A DNA stretch of 64,000 nucleotides from Spirochaetia bacterium (GCA_963666985.2 CAXXIA010000003.1:1-64000); one strand, 5' to 3'; counted from the first letter of the stretch, positions 9,753 through 19,104 are shown. Notes: generated from the sequence alone by a model not told the origin. Numbers and translations: made by a program.

Positions 9753-11978
9753 TCAAACGGTAAATCTCCTCATTTCCTCTTCAAGGGAATCCATGGCCTC
9801 GGTATTCGTCGTACTTAATCCGACGATAATTTTCAAAGATGTTCCAATTTCATTAAGAGACTGCCGGATTTCCTCGATACCGTGATGATTCAGCTGAGAA
9901 AGTTCGGCCACCTCCGTCAATGAAGTTCGGCTGTCGTCCGCCTGAGCGCCAATCTTCACCGAAGACTCCCGAACGGCCTGACTGGCCAAATTCAGATGTC
10001 CAAGCGCCGAGGTTATCTGGTCTGTTCCCTGACCCATCTCTTCCAGAGCATTTAGGATTTCCTTCAGTGTTGTCGAAACATCGGCGCTGCCGGTAACAAT
10101 TTCACCGATGGATTCACCGGTCTGTCTCGATCGATCCGCCGTATGGCTAATTTTATCGATAATTTCTCCTACGGATTCGGTAATCCTCTTTGCGTTGCTT
10201 CCCGTCGATTCGGCCAACTTCCGGATTTCATCCGCCACCACGGCGAATCCCCTTCCGGCGTCTCCGGCATGTGCGGCCTCAATGGCCGCATTCATGGCCA
10301 AAAGGTTTATACGGGATGAAATGCCGTCAATAACCGTCACCACATCCTTAATGGAATCCGCGGACTCGGATATCCCTTTGATGTCGGACATGGTGGTGTG
10401 CATTTGTTCCTCACCCTTACGGGCAAGACCGGCAAGCAGTTCGGCCATACTCGACCTTTCGGAGGCCATTCTGGAAATGTTTCTGATGGATGCGATCATC
10501 TCTTCAACGGCCGCCGATGATTCTTCCACGGCCGATGATTCTTCGACCGTTTGGTTGTTCACGGTCTCCAAAGCATCCCCGATAACATTCATGGAATCGT
10601 TTGTATTTTCCGCAAGAGAAATAAGACTTGAAGACTGTTTGTCGATCGTGGTGATGGTGGAGATAATCAATTCAAGAGACGCCGATATTTGCTCAACATT
10701 CGACGAGAGTGTTTCGGCCACTTCGCGTCCCTGCCCCGAGGATTCCTGAACATGCATCACAATCCCCCGGAGAGAGGAGGTAAAGGCATTAAAACTCTCG
10801 GCCAGCTGTCCCACTTCGTCTTGGGAATTCACAATGATGGATTGGGTAAGATCCGCGTCACCTTCGGCAATCTCCCGCAGTCGTTCGTTGGTTTTTTTCA
10901 AACTCTTAACGATGAGATTAACCGCCAGTAAGATCACAACCGCCACGGCGATCGCGGCAACAATCCCGACAATGACAATGTTTCGCGTCATTTTCGTAAT
11001 CATTGCATTAAGGTCGCCCTCATAAATTGTATAAACCATCACCCAATCGCGCGGCTCATACAGCATGGTGAATCCCTTTTTCAGGAACAGTTTATTGGGA
11101 TTCTCTCCCGGCTTGATATAGTAATAATCAATAGGACCGGTGCCGTTGGCGAAAAACTTATCGGTGAGATCTCTTGTCACATCATTGTCATTGAGATATG
11201 TGCCGACCATGTCCGGATTGTTGTGAGCAATCATCATACTGTCTTTGGCAATAATGGCGGGATAAGAACCGAGAAAAGATTCTTTAAAAAGGGTCTGATT
11301 CATGGAGGCAATCTGATTTTTCTCCCACTCGGCGACGGCCGCGTCGATATCGTCGATATATGTTCCGGTTCCGACGGTCCATCCCCAGGGATCGAAACGG
11401 CGGCTGGTTCCCATTTTCGGCATAGCCTCGGTCTGACCGGGACGCGGAAAGTAATATTCCAGATCGAAATATTTATTTTCTTTAGCTCCATCCACCAGCA
11501 TATGGATAAAAGCTTGTCCGTTTTCATCCTTCAATTCGCCGCGGTAAGAGCCTTCAATATCGGAGTCGGGAGGATTAAGGACATTGATATACTCATCATT
11601 ATCAATGAAGTAATAATTCCCATCGCTGTATCGCAGAAGACGTATCCCTTCTTTTGCTTCGGCCATGGCCGCTTGAGGAGAAAGGATTCCCTGCATTTGA
11701 CGCGAATAGGCATTTTCAAGAACACCGAAGGCAACATCGAGAAGATCCCGCTGGGACTGACGTGTTTTATCCAGCATTTGTATGCGCAGCTGCTGAGAGG
11801 CCAAATCGAACTGTTCTATCTGACTGTAAACCTGATTTATGTAGACATTCGAAAAACTTTCAAAATCCTCTTCAATCTTTGATCGATTCAAGGATGTCAT
11901 TTGCCAAGTCATGATTACAATCGCCAGAAGAACAACACCTAAAACCGGAAAGAACAACTTCCATTGAATAGATTTCAT
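9753..11978 (-). CDS. Methyl-accepting chemotaxis protein with Cache sensor domains (tandem paralogue)
   Basis: Same architecture: [56 protein letters not shown]. Confidence 0.95.
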   Translation of the reverse strand: MKSIQWKLFFPVLGVVLLAIVIMTWQMTSLNRSKIEEDFESFSNVYINQVYSQIEQFDLASQQLRIQMLDKTRQSQRDLLDVAFGVLENAYSRQMQGILSPQAAMAEAKEGIRLLRYSDGNYYFIDNDEYINVLNPPDSDIEGSYRGELKDENGQAFIHMLVDGAKENKYFDLEYYFPRPGQTEAMPKMGTSRRFDPWGWTVGTGTYIDDIDAAVAEWEKNQIASMNQTLFKESFLGSYPAIIAKDSMMIAHNNPDMVGTYLNDNDVTRDLTDKFFANGTGPIDYYYIKPGENPNKLFLKKGFTMLYEPRDWVMVYTIYEGDLNAMITKMTRNIVIVGIVAAIAVAVVILLAVNLIVKSLKKTNERLREIAEGDADLTQSIIVNSQDEVGQLAESFNAFTSSLRGIVMHVQESSGQGREVAETLSSNVEQISASLELIISTITTIDKQSSSLISLAENTNDSMNVIGDALETVNNQTVEESSAVEESSAAVEEMIASIRNISRMASERSSMAELLAGLARKGEEQMHTTMSDIKGISESADSIKDVVTVIDGISSRINLLAMNAAIEAAHAGDAGRGFAVVADEIRKLAESTGSNAKRITESVGEIIDKISHTADRSRQTGESIGEIVTGSADVSTTLKEILNALEEMGQGTDQITSALGHLNLASQAVRESSVKIGAQADDSRTSLTEVAELSQLNHHGIEEIRQSLNEIGTSLKIIVGLSTTNTEAMDSLEEEMRRFTV

Positions 11979-12190
11979 ACCATGCCCCCGTTAGGCGAAT
12001 TTTAATTCGACGGGAACGCTTTTGCACATTTTTGTACTAATATTTCTTCTCAATACAAAAATATAGATATTATTTCATCGTTGTCCGAACATTATTTCCG
12101 GAGGAGATTCTTCCCTTACATTCATTTATCTTTATATAAACCCATCTTAATTCGAATCCGCATCGGTTACTGTTCCGAAATAGAATCCGG

Positions 12191-12219
12191 TTGACGAATC
12201 CGGAGACCGTCGATATAGT
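12191..12219 (+). promoter_or_regulatory. sigma70-type promoter of tRNA-Leu
   Basis: TTGACG-17 nt-TATAGT, ending 12 nt before the tRNA. Confidence 0.75.
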
Positions 12220-12231
12220 ACCGCTAGTTCC

Positions 12232-12315
12232 GCGGCAGTGGTGGAATTGGTAGACACGCTAGCTTGAGGGGCTAGTGATAGCAATATCGTGGAGGTTCAA
12301 GTCCTCTCTGCCGCA
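12232..12315 (+). tRNA. tRNA-Leu(GAG)
   Basis: Acceptor stem GCGGCAG/CTGCCGC plus A, D arm GTGGAATTGGTAGACAC, anticodon arm CTAGC-TTGAGGG-GCTAG, long variable arm, T arm GGAGG-TTCAAGT-CCTCT. CCA not encoded. Confidence 0.97.
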
Positions 12316-12533
12316 AGAAGGCGATCAGCCCAATGGGTTGGTCGCCTTTTTTGATTCTTAAAAAGGACTTGAAGCGGAATCCCGACGCGACCGAGCAGGG
12401 AGCGTAAATCGACACAATGTCGATTTAGGGATGGAGACGGCTCGGAGGACTAAGGCAGGAAGCCGAAGTCCGGAGGACAAGTCCTCTCTGCCGCAAGAAA
12501 AGCGAGCGCCCATCGTGGCGGTCGCTTTTTTTT
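12298..12533 (+). repeat. tRNA-linked repeat: 22-bp direct repeat of the tRNA 3' end at 180-bp distance, each copy followed by a terminator
   Basis: CAAGTCCTCTCTGCCGCAAGAA at 12298-12319 and 12478-12499; second hairpin AAAAGCGAGCGCC-CATCGT-GGCGGTCGCTTTT plus T run. Confidence 0.85.
12318..12352 (+). terminator. Rho-independent terminator after tRNA-Leu
   Basis: AAGGCGATCAGCCC-AAT-GGGTTGGTCGCCTT followed by a T run. Confidence 0.85.
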
Positions 12534-12660
12534 GCCCAAAATACAAGACTTGAACCTCCAAAGAGTATGCGCGGTACAAAAGGTCGTACCAAAGACATTA
12601 TTGAAGAACCATCCCGGCTAAGTGCCGAACAGACCGCGGGAAACACCGTCGGCCGGCCGG

Positions 12661-13821
12661 CTAACCGACCAAGCCGGTCACTTCATCAACGATAGCTCGG
12701 ATAAACGCATCAAAATCGGGCACATCAGCCTTCGGCACACGAAATCCAATCGCGCCTTCATGCCCCCCGCCGTTTTCAATTCCAAGAAGATTAATGACAC
12801 TCCGGAGATCCAAATCCTTGAAAAATTGACTCCGCCGCATTCGCATCTGGATAAAATTCGAGCGTTTAGGATGATCGTAATAAACGACCAAACTGAGATA
12901 ACCGCTTTCTTCAGCCAATAAATTGGCGACATATTTTGCAACCGTTACAACGACTTCCGAATCATAAGTCTTGTTTATGAAACGGGATACATTCTCATCC
13001 AATGCTATCCAGGAAATACGTCCCTGTGTTTTTTTGTGCTCAAGAAAATCCCTGCAGCAATGTTCTTCATCGGCCGAAAGCTTTTCAAGCTCATTGAGAA
13101 TATCTTCAATACTTGAAAAATTGCCCGAATCCTTTTCAGTCTTTTCAATAAGCATTTCATTGAAAAGGCGACTGAAATACCGGTAATACCGCTTCTCTCT
13201 ACGGGACTTTAAGAATTGTCCCATTTTCGAGTCTCCGACGATTCCGGTAACGATGGAAAGTACAAAATTCCGAGTGAAGATTTCACCCGTCAGAGACTCA
13301 CGAAGGATTCTCTTTTTCTTTGAGAGCCGCAGGGCCAAATAGCCGATGAGTTCACACGTGGATGAGGCCTCGTCCACCAAACGGTATCCTTCCTCTCCGA
13401 TATAAAAACCGTCGGCTTCCAAATGATGATCCACTTCCATTACAAGGACATGATCCTTATCCATAATCGGCCGTAAATCTTCAAGGAATTCGAGCATTTC
13501 GGGTTTCGGAGTATCGAAAGCGATAACCGTATCGTATTCATCGCCGATATCCTGAGGTTTTTCCAGAACCCTGATTGAATTATATTTACAGATGCTTAAA
13601 AGATAAGGAAATTTCTCATGATTTTCCTTTGCGAAAACAATACTGGGCGTTTTGCCGAATTTCACAATCAGCAGACTGAATGCCACCATGGAGGCCACGC
13701 AGTCCTCATCGGGGTTATGATGACCGATCAATAAAAAAGATTCCCTCTTCATCATCGTTTCGATGAAAGTGTTAACGATTTTCTTTCTCGTATGCCGGTT
13801 TGGAATACGGATTTTCTTCAT
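12661..13821 (-). CDS. DHH/DHHA1-family phosphoesterase (NrnA-like)
   Basis: GHHNPDEDC, AFDT, EVDHH, GIVGDS, RMRR and GGGHEGAIG motifs. Confidence 0.9.
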   Translation of the reverse strand: MKKIRIPNRHTRKKIVNTFIETMMKRESFLLIGHHNPDEDCVASMVAFSLLIVKFGKTPSIVFAKENHEKFPYLLSICKYNSIRVLEKPQDIGDEYDTVIAFDTPKPEMLEFLEDLRPIMDKDHVLVMEVDHHLEADGFYIGEEGYRLVDEASSTCELIGYLALRLSKKKRILRESLTGEIFTRNFVLSIVTGIVGDSKMGQFLKSRREKRYYRYFSRLFNEMLIEKTEKDSGNFSSIEDILNELEKLSADEEHCCRDFLEHKKTQGRISWIALDENVSRFINKTYDSEVVVTVAKYVANLLAEESGYLSLVVYYDHPKRSNFIQMRMRRSQFFKDLDLRSVINLLGIENGGGHEGAIGFRVPKADVPDFDAFIRAIVDEVTGLVG

Positions 13822-14801
13822 TTTTCTGTCCCGGTTCCGTACAAAAAGGCTCGGTCACGGCCGGCTTCTTTCGCGGAATAAAGAGCCTTATCGGCACTTC
13901 CCAGCAATTCCTCTACGGTTTCACCGTGGATTGGGCATACGGCGATACCGAAGCTGACGCTTACGTGGCTGAACGTGCCTTTTCTGTCATTAAGAATATT
14001 CAATTCACGTATATTCTGACCCACTTCACGACAACATTCCAGAGATTCCCGACCATCCTTTCCGGGGAGGATAAAAGCGAACTCATCTCCGCCGTATCGG
14101 GCCGGGATATCCTCCTTATGAGAAAAAAAGTCTTTGAATACAGACGCCACGGCCAGTATAACCTCATCGCCGACATCTTCCCCGTATTCCTCGTTCAATT
14201 TCCCGAAACGATCAATATCCAGCAAAACCAAAGAAATCCCGGGGCCCCCCATTATCGAGTCCAGTACGGCATTTTCAACGGATTCATCAAAAAAACGTCG
14301 ATTATAGAGTCCGGTAGGTTCATCGGTAACGGCTCTGATCCGAGCCTTTTCACCCCACATGACCATGTCCGAAAGAAACGCACCGGTATTCCGGAGGCGG
14401 CTTACGGCCGTATGCAGCATACGCCGCATGATTTTATTGGCGGCGACCGGTTCCCGAAGCATTAATTCCGCAAATCCATCTCCATCCATCGAAAGCAATT
14501 CGCAATCCTTCAGAGTCCGGCAGGTGGCCGACCGAACATCCTTTTCCAGAATGGACATTTCGCCGAAAAAACTGCCTTCTCCAATCCTTGAGACCTCCAG
14601 TTCATCACCGGTTTCGGTTTTCACGGAAACCGAAACCGTTCCGTCGAGAACAATGTACATTTGGCGGCCCTCATCACCTTCTCGAAACAGAACCCATCCG
14701 TCCGGAATGAAATGTTTTTTCATATGAAGACGAACACGTTCCACCTCATCGGGAGAAAGAAGAGAGAAGATATCCAGATTCCTCAAAGCATCGGGAGTCA
14801 T
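13818..14801 (-). CDS. cNMP-binding domain + GGDEF domain protein (GGDEF motif intact)
   Basis: LFREGDEG..FFGEMSIL..RSAT cNMP cassette; DEPTGLYNRR, LDID, RYGGDEF, ADKALYSAKEAGRDR. Confidence 0.92.
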   Translation of the reverse strand: MTPDALRNLDIFSLLSPDEVERVRLHMKKHFIPDGWVLFREGDEGRQMYIVLDGTVSVSVKTETGDELEVSRIGEGSFFGEMSILEKDVRSATCRTLKDCELLSMDGDGFAELMLREPVAANKIMRRMLHTAVSRLRNTGAFLSDMVMWGEKARIRAVTDEPTGLYNRRFFDESVENAVLDSIMGGPGISLVLLDIDRFGKLNEEYGEDVGDEVILAVASVFKDFFSHKEDIPARYGGDEFAFILPGKDGRESLECCREVGQNIRELNILNDRKGTFSHVSVSFGIAVCPIHGETVEELLGSADKALYSAKEAGRDRAFLYGTGTEK

Positions 14802-15829
14802 GTGTTTTCCAAATCCTCGGGGAAAAGAATGCGATTCCCTCCCCGCCGCCGTCCCTCCATCACGAGTTCATGCGCTTTGTTCGCAAGCAACACGGCATCA
14901 TGACCGTGCTCCGGAGAGAGAACCAAACCGAAACTCACCGACAGTGCGATTTCCTTCCCGCGCAAAATGGAAGACAAATCCAAACCGCGAAGAAAGTCTC
15001 CGGTTTCTTCGGCGGTACGGCGAAGCTCGGATTGATCCGCCCCGAGACGAATAATCGCATTCTCATTTCCCATGTACCGAAACAATAAATCCGAATTCGA
15101 TACGAAACTCTTGAGCCCATCGGCAATAAATCTCAGCGCTTTATCGCCCGCTTCATGACCATATGTGTCATTGATTTCTTTAAAATTATCCGGTTTATAC
15201 ATCAGAAGTCCAACGGAATCATCCGTTTTTTGAAGAACTTCTGTTAAGGTTTCTTCGAAAAATGTCTTATTGTGAAGTCCGGTAAGTTTATCAACATAAA
15301 CCTGCCGCTTCAGTTCGTTTACCAGCGGTGAATTTTCCTTAACAAGCGCATTCACACCGCGAATACGCGCCGAAATCTGCCCCAGAAAAGTATAAAGCAG
15401 CCGCGCGTACAATCCCGGATAGCTCCGGGAGAGATGATCAAGACCGTCTTCTCCCAGCGGGAAGACCACAAGAGAAGAAGATCCTTCCGTATACGCGTCG
15501 GCGTTCCGGTTTTGTCCCGTGAAAAAATCCAAATCTCCGAAGATGTCGCCCGAAAGAAAGCGGGCGATTTCCACCGAACGGCCTTCATCATCGTTCTTCC
15601 GAATAACAACAGAACCTTTCCGGACGAAATACAGTCTTTCGGAAGACTCACCCGCGGCGAAAATCCGTTCGTCGGCTTTTAAATCAATCATACCGCTTAA
15701 GAGTCCGATGACGTTCAAATCATCTTCGGTACAGCGGGAAAAAATCTTGGCGCTCCGAAGAACCGAAGAAATCTCATCCCGAACATCGGGCGGCAGCGGT
15801 TCCGTCGGTCTTTCGGATTGGATTCTCAT
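14798..15829 (-). CDS. cNMP-binding domain + degenerate GGDEF domain protein
   Basis: IFAAGE..LYFVRKG..IFGDL..RNA cNMP cassette; DKLTGLHNK and FKEINDTYGHEAGD kept, but YKPD replaces xDID and RYMGNEN replaces RxGGDEF. Start uncertain (15829, 15841 or 15865). Confidence 0.88.
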   Translation of the reverse strand: MRIQSERPTEPLPPDVRDEISSVLRSAKIFSRCTEDDLNVIGLLSGMIDLKADERIFAAGESSERLYFVRKGSVVIRKNDDEGRSVEIARFLSGDIFGDLDFFTGQNRNADAYTEGSSSLVVFPLGEDGLDHLSRSYPGLYARLLYTFLGQISARIRGVNALVKENSPLVNELKRQVYVDKLTGLHNKTFFEETLTEVLQKTDDSVGLLMYKPDNFKEINDTYGHEAGDKALRFIADGLKSFVSNSDLLFRYMGNENAIIRLGADQSELRRTAEETGDFLRGLDLSSILRGKEIALSVSFGLVLSPEHGHDAVLLANKAHELVMEGRRRGGNRILFPEDLENT

Positions 15830-15932
15830 AAATTCAATCATCTCGAAAAAGTTCAAGGAGAACAAGCTGGTGATTTCGGCCGTTTTTCTCTTTATGAATC
15901 TAAAGTTTACGATTGATGAGGTAAACGCTCTC

Positions 15933-16439
15933 TTATTCTGCTTCTCCCGTAGGAATGGTCTTTACCATTTCAAGAATCTCAGCGGCATTCTCCGGAGCGT
16001 AATTATAGGCCCAGCGTTCTTCGGATATGTGAAATCCGAACCGTTCATACGGTCCTCTTCCGCCTTTTTTCGCGAAAATATTCATCCAGGGTTTGTCAAT
16101 GACGATACACACGGCAACGACATTGCCCAAGGAGTCCTGAGCGAACCAGATCATGTCGTACGGACCATGGGGAGATTTGAAAATAACCCGAGTCAGTTCG
16201 TCTCCAAACGCATTAACGTCCAAAGAGAGAACGGCATCCCTTAAGTGCTTGCAGCTCCTTCCGAGATCGCCGACGGGCCTATGAGCACGGCGTTCGATAA
16301 AATCAGGACATGTGCAGGTATAGCGGTGAAGGTTGATGGCATAGCGTCCGCCTCCGGATCGGCTTTCGACGGTGATATCGCGATCGTATTCCGGTCCGAA
16401 GGGAGCCATTTCAAGCAGCGCGGGTTTCCAAAGGCTCAT
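15933..16439 (-). CDS. Small SWIM-type zinc-finger protein
   Basis: YAINLHRYTCTCPDF-x15-CKH matches the SWIM CxC...CxH pattern. Confidence 0.7.
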   Translation of the reverse strand: MSLWKPALLEMAPFGPEYDRDITVESRSGGGRYAINLHRYTCTCPDFIERRAHRPVGDLGRSCKHLRDAVLSLDVNAFGDELTRVIFKSPHGPYDMIWFAQDSLGNVVAVCIVIDKPWMNIFAKKGGRGPYERFGFHISEERWAYNYAPENAAEILEMVKTIPTGEAE

Positions 16440-16530
16440 GAAGTGATTTTAACGCGAATTTCCCCGGCGTGGAATCGGGATTCTTAAATCCCAATAAAAA
16501 GGCATCGGAAAAGCCGCCGCCGGTATCCCA

Positions 16531-17394
16531 TTATTCTTCCTCGGCGGCATCATCCGGCGGAAGGTTCGACGCCCGTTCGGTAATTCGCGAAGAGAATTTG
16601 AATTTGGGAGTCATGTACGCATCTTTCGCGGGAACCAGGATTTCTTCGCCCGTAGAGGGATTTCTGCCCATTCGCGCCTTTCTGGCCGGTTTTTTCACCA
16701 GAGTCAGACGCCCGAGTTTCCCGAAGGAAACCGTATGTCCCAAAAGCATACCGGTTTCCAGAAGTACGGCGTAATCGTCGAGCAAAGCGGATACGGTCTT
16801 TTGGGTAAGTCCGGAGGCTTCGGCGAGATACTTCGTCATCGACTTTTTATCAAATTGGGCCGGAGCATCTCCGCCGGGATACGTGAACTTTCGGTTGAGA
16901 TGAACAAAGGAATTGGTCAGGAACACCATTGCTTCCCGGATACGCTGCTCCTGTTCTTCCGAACTGAGACCGGATGGAAGAATCGCAATGCGATAAATAG
17001 CGGATGTATTTTTTAAAGGAGTACCGGAAAAGGAGGCTTTTCTTCCGACGGCCGGCGACTCGATCAGCTCAACACCTTCATTTCTTAAAACGTTGGGAAC
17101 ATCGGATCTCATTTTTATGCTCGCGTATTCCATTCTCCTCGGAGATCCGGGGCCGAGGGCCACCAGGGAACCGGAATAGGTTGCGAGAATCATTCCTCTG
17201 GGTTCGTCGGCTTCTACCTTTTCAACGAATTTCATACCGATAAGATCGATCTGCTCTTCAAAAAGCCTGTTTTTCTCCATCCAGAGATCTTCGAGCCGAT
17301 TCAGGGCGCCCGACTCCTTCGCCCAAGCCTCCTCGGACGATGCCACGAGTTCTTCGAGATGGCCGGCCACTTCCGGCGGTAAAGAACGCTCCAT
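16531..17394 (-). CDS. Unknown N-terminal domain fused to a C-terminal HU/IHF-like DNA-binding domain
   Basis: C-terminal KKSMTKYLAEASGLTQK..VSFGKLGRL..ARMGRNPSTGEEILVPAK..PKFKFS; SD AAGGAGGA before ATG 17394. Confidence 0.8.
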   Translation of the reverse strand: MERSLPPEVAGHLEELVASSEEAWAKESGALNRLEDLWMEKNRLFEEQIDLIGMKFVEKVEADEPRGMILATYSGSLVALGPGSPRRMEYASIKMRSDVPNVLRNEGVELIESPAVGRKASFSGTPLKNTSAIYRIAILPSGLSSEEQEQRIREAMVFLTNSFVHLNRKFTYPGGDAPAQFDKKSMTKYLAEASGLTQKTVSALLDDYAVLLETGMLLGHTVSFGKLGRLTLVKKPARKARMGRNPSTGEEILVPAKDAYMTPKFKFSSRITERASNLPPDDAAEEE

Positions 17395-17513
17395 CCTCAA
17401 TCCTCCTTTATTTCAAACGATCATCAGTATACACCGGGTATGTGTTATTTCCCAAACGAAGCGGACCGGCCGTTCGCCCGAGCCGAAAGACATTCCATCT
17501 TCAAAGTCCGCGT

Positions 17514-18065
17514 TCAGTTCAGCTTATACAAAGCCCGAACAAGCGCCGTTTTATGTCTCCCTACGTAATCGATCAGCCGTTCTTGAGAATCCTTGCTTTG
17601 AGAATCCGCTCCGGCGAGCTCCAGAACATCATCCACTTTCCGATACCAGAGATAATGCGGTTCCAAAGGTTTCGCCGGCGGGGACTGTCTGAGGCGGACA
17701 TTCAGTTCTTCATCGAGCTGATTATGATTGGCGCTGCCGATAATATAGCGAATATCACCGTTCTCACCGACGTAAAGAACCATGCGCCTGAATCCGACTC
17801 CCATGGCGTCGTCACTCCGGAATCCCTTTACCTGAATATCCAGCGATCCCAGACGCAGTTCCCACCCTTCTTCCCTGCGGGCTTTTCGAAAAGCGACGAT
17901 ATCCTCCTTAATCTCCCTGGTTCTATCAACATCCATCCTGGCCTCCTGCAGTTCGGTACGCCATTGACGAAGCTGACGTTCGTATCTCGGCATCAATCCG
18001 GCCCGAGATACAAATCGATCGGTGTTGGACAGGAGCACCCACACATCGGCGAACCTTTCACCCAT
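17514..18065 (-). CDS. Hypothetical protein
   Basis: 183-aa ORF co-oriented with the HU fusion, globular-looking composition; no motif recognised. Confidence 0.6.
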   Translation of the reverse strand: MGERFADVWVLLSNTDRFVSRAGLMPRYERQLRQWRTELQEARMDVDRTREIKEDIVAFRKARREEGWELRLGSLDIQVKGFRSDDAMGVGFRRMVLYVGENGDIRYIIGSANHNQLDEELNVRLRQSPPAKPLEPHYLWYRKVDDVLELAGADSQSKDSQERLIDYVGRHKTALVRALYKLN

Positions 18066-18180
18066 GCGGGAACGAAAGCTTTCGAACAGATCGATATCCC
18101 TCCGGTATATTCGGGGCTTATCCCCGTCGGGGCCTCTTCGAACCCCGTTCTCTTTTTAGTATACTGATTTAGAGGATATT

Positions 18181-18915
18181 TTGACCCGACCCGTCTTGGT
18201 TGTTGCCGATATTCATGGAAATCTTGAGGCTCTGCGTGCCGTTCTCAAGCATGCGGCCGGAGAATTTGACGAAATATGGTGTCTCGGTGATGTCGCGGGA
18301 TATGGTCCCGATCCCGGTCCCTGTCTTAATCTTCTTCTAAAAATGAAGGCCGTCATGGTGGCGGGCAATCACGATTTGGCCGCCTGCGGCAAATTGGAAC
18401 TCAAAGATTTCAATCGGGAAGCTCGAGCCGCTCTGGAGATTCATCGAACCATACTTTCAGAAAAACATAAGCGGATACTGGCCTCACTGCCCTCTCTTCT
18501 TGAACGCCGATCGGTAACATTGTCTCACGGCAGTCCCGAGAATCCGATCTGGGGCTACGTTCTAGATTCTTTTGAAGCATCACGAGTGCTTTCCACCGCG
18601 CAAACCTCCCTCACGCTAATCGGGCATTCGCATCTGCAGGGTCTATGGGCTCTTTCTCACTTCGGCCGCGCGGAGACTCCTTCCGTCGCTCCCGGCGAGG
18701 AATACCGTTATGCCTGTTCGCCGCATCTGGCCAACCCGGGTAGTGTCGGTCAATCCCGCGACGGGAATCCTTCGGCTCGATACATGCTGCTGCACCCCGA
18801 ACGAAAAACCTTAATATTCCGATCCTGCCGGTGGAGAACGGGTCCGACCGGACGCAAGATGTCGTCTCGGGGATATCCGCAAAGTCTTATCGACAGAATG
18901 GCGCCGAAAAATTGA
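18181..18915 (+). CDS. Calcineurin-like metallophosphoesterase (Metallophos_2/YfcE-like)
   Basis: DIHGN, LGDVAGYG, GNHD, HGSP, GHSH and NPGSVGQ motifs. Confidence 0.9.
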   Translation: MTRPVLVVADIHGNLEALRAVLKHAAGEFDEIWCLGDVAGYGPDPGPCLNLLLKMKAVMVAGNHDLAACGKLELKDFNREARAALEIHRTILSEKHKRILASLPSLLERRSVTLSHGSPENPIWGYVLDSFEASRVLSTAQTSLTLIGHSHLQGLWALSHFGRAETPSVAPGEEYRYACSPHLANPGSVGQSRDGNPSARYMLLHPERKTLIFRSCRWRTGPTGRKMSSRGYPQSLIDRMAPKN

Positions 18916-19104
18916 TCGGCTTTGACGCCGCCGCTTATGCGGGCCGGATGGTGAAGACCGTTCGATATGGCGCGCACCGTTCAAAATCCCGCGTATTTTA
19001 GCAGCCTGTTGAAAAACATCCGGCCGCCGGCAAACGTCTTGAAATCAACTCAATAATGGAAAGCTCTCTCGGCGAACTTGAGAATTTGTTTGAGTGTGTA
19101 TATA

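Noticed and set aside
12661..18915. Anti-phage nucleotide-signalling system (CBASS/Pycsar/Thoeris-like)
   Set aside because: No CD-NTase, class III cyclase, TIR, SAVED/CARF or membrane effector recognised. A signalling role is more parsimonious, though defence is not excluded.
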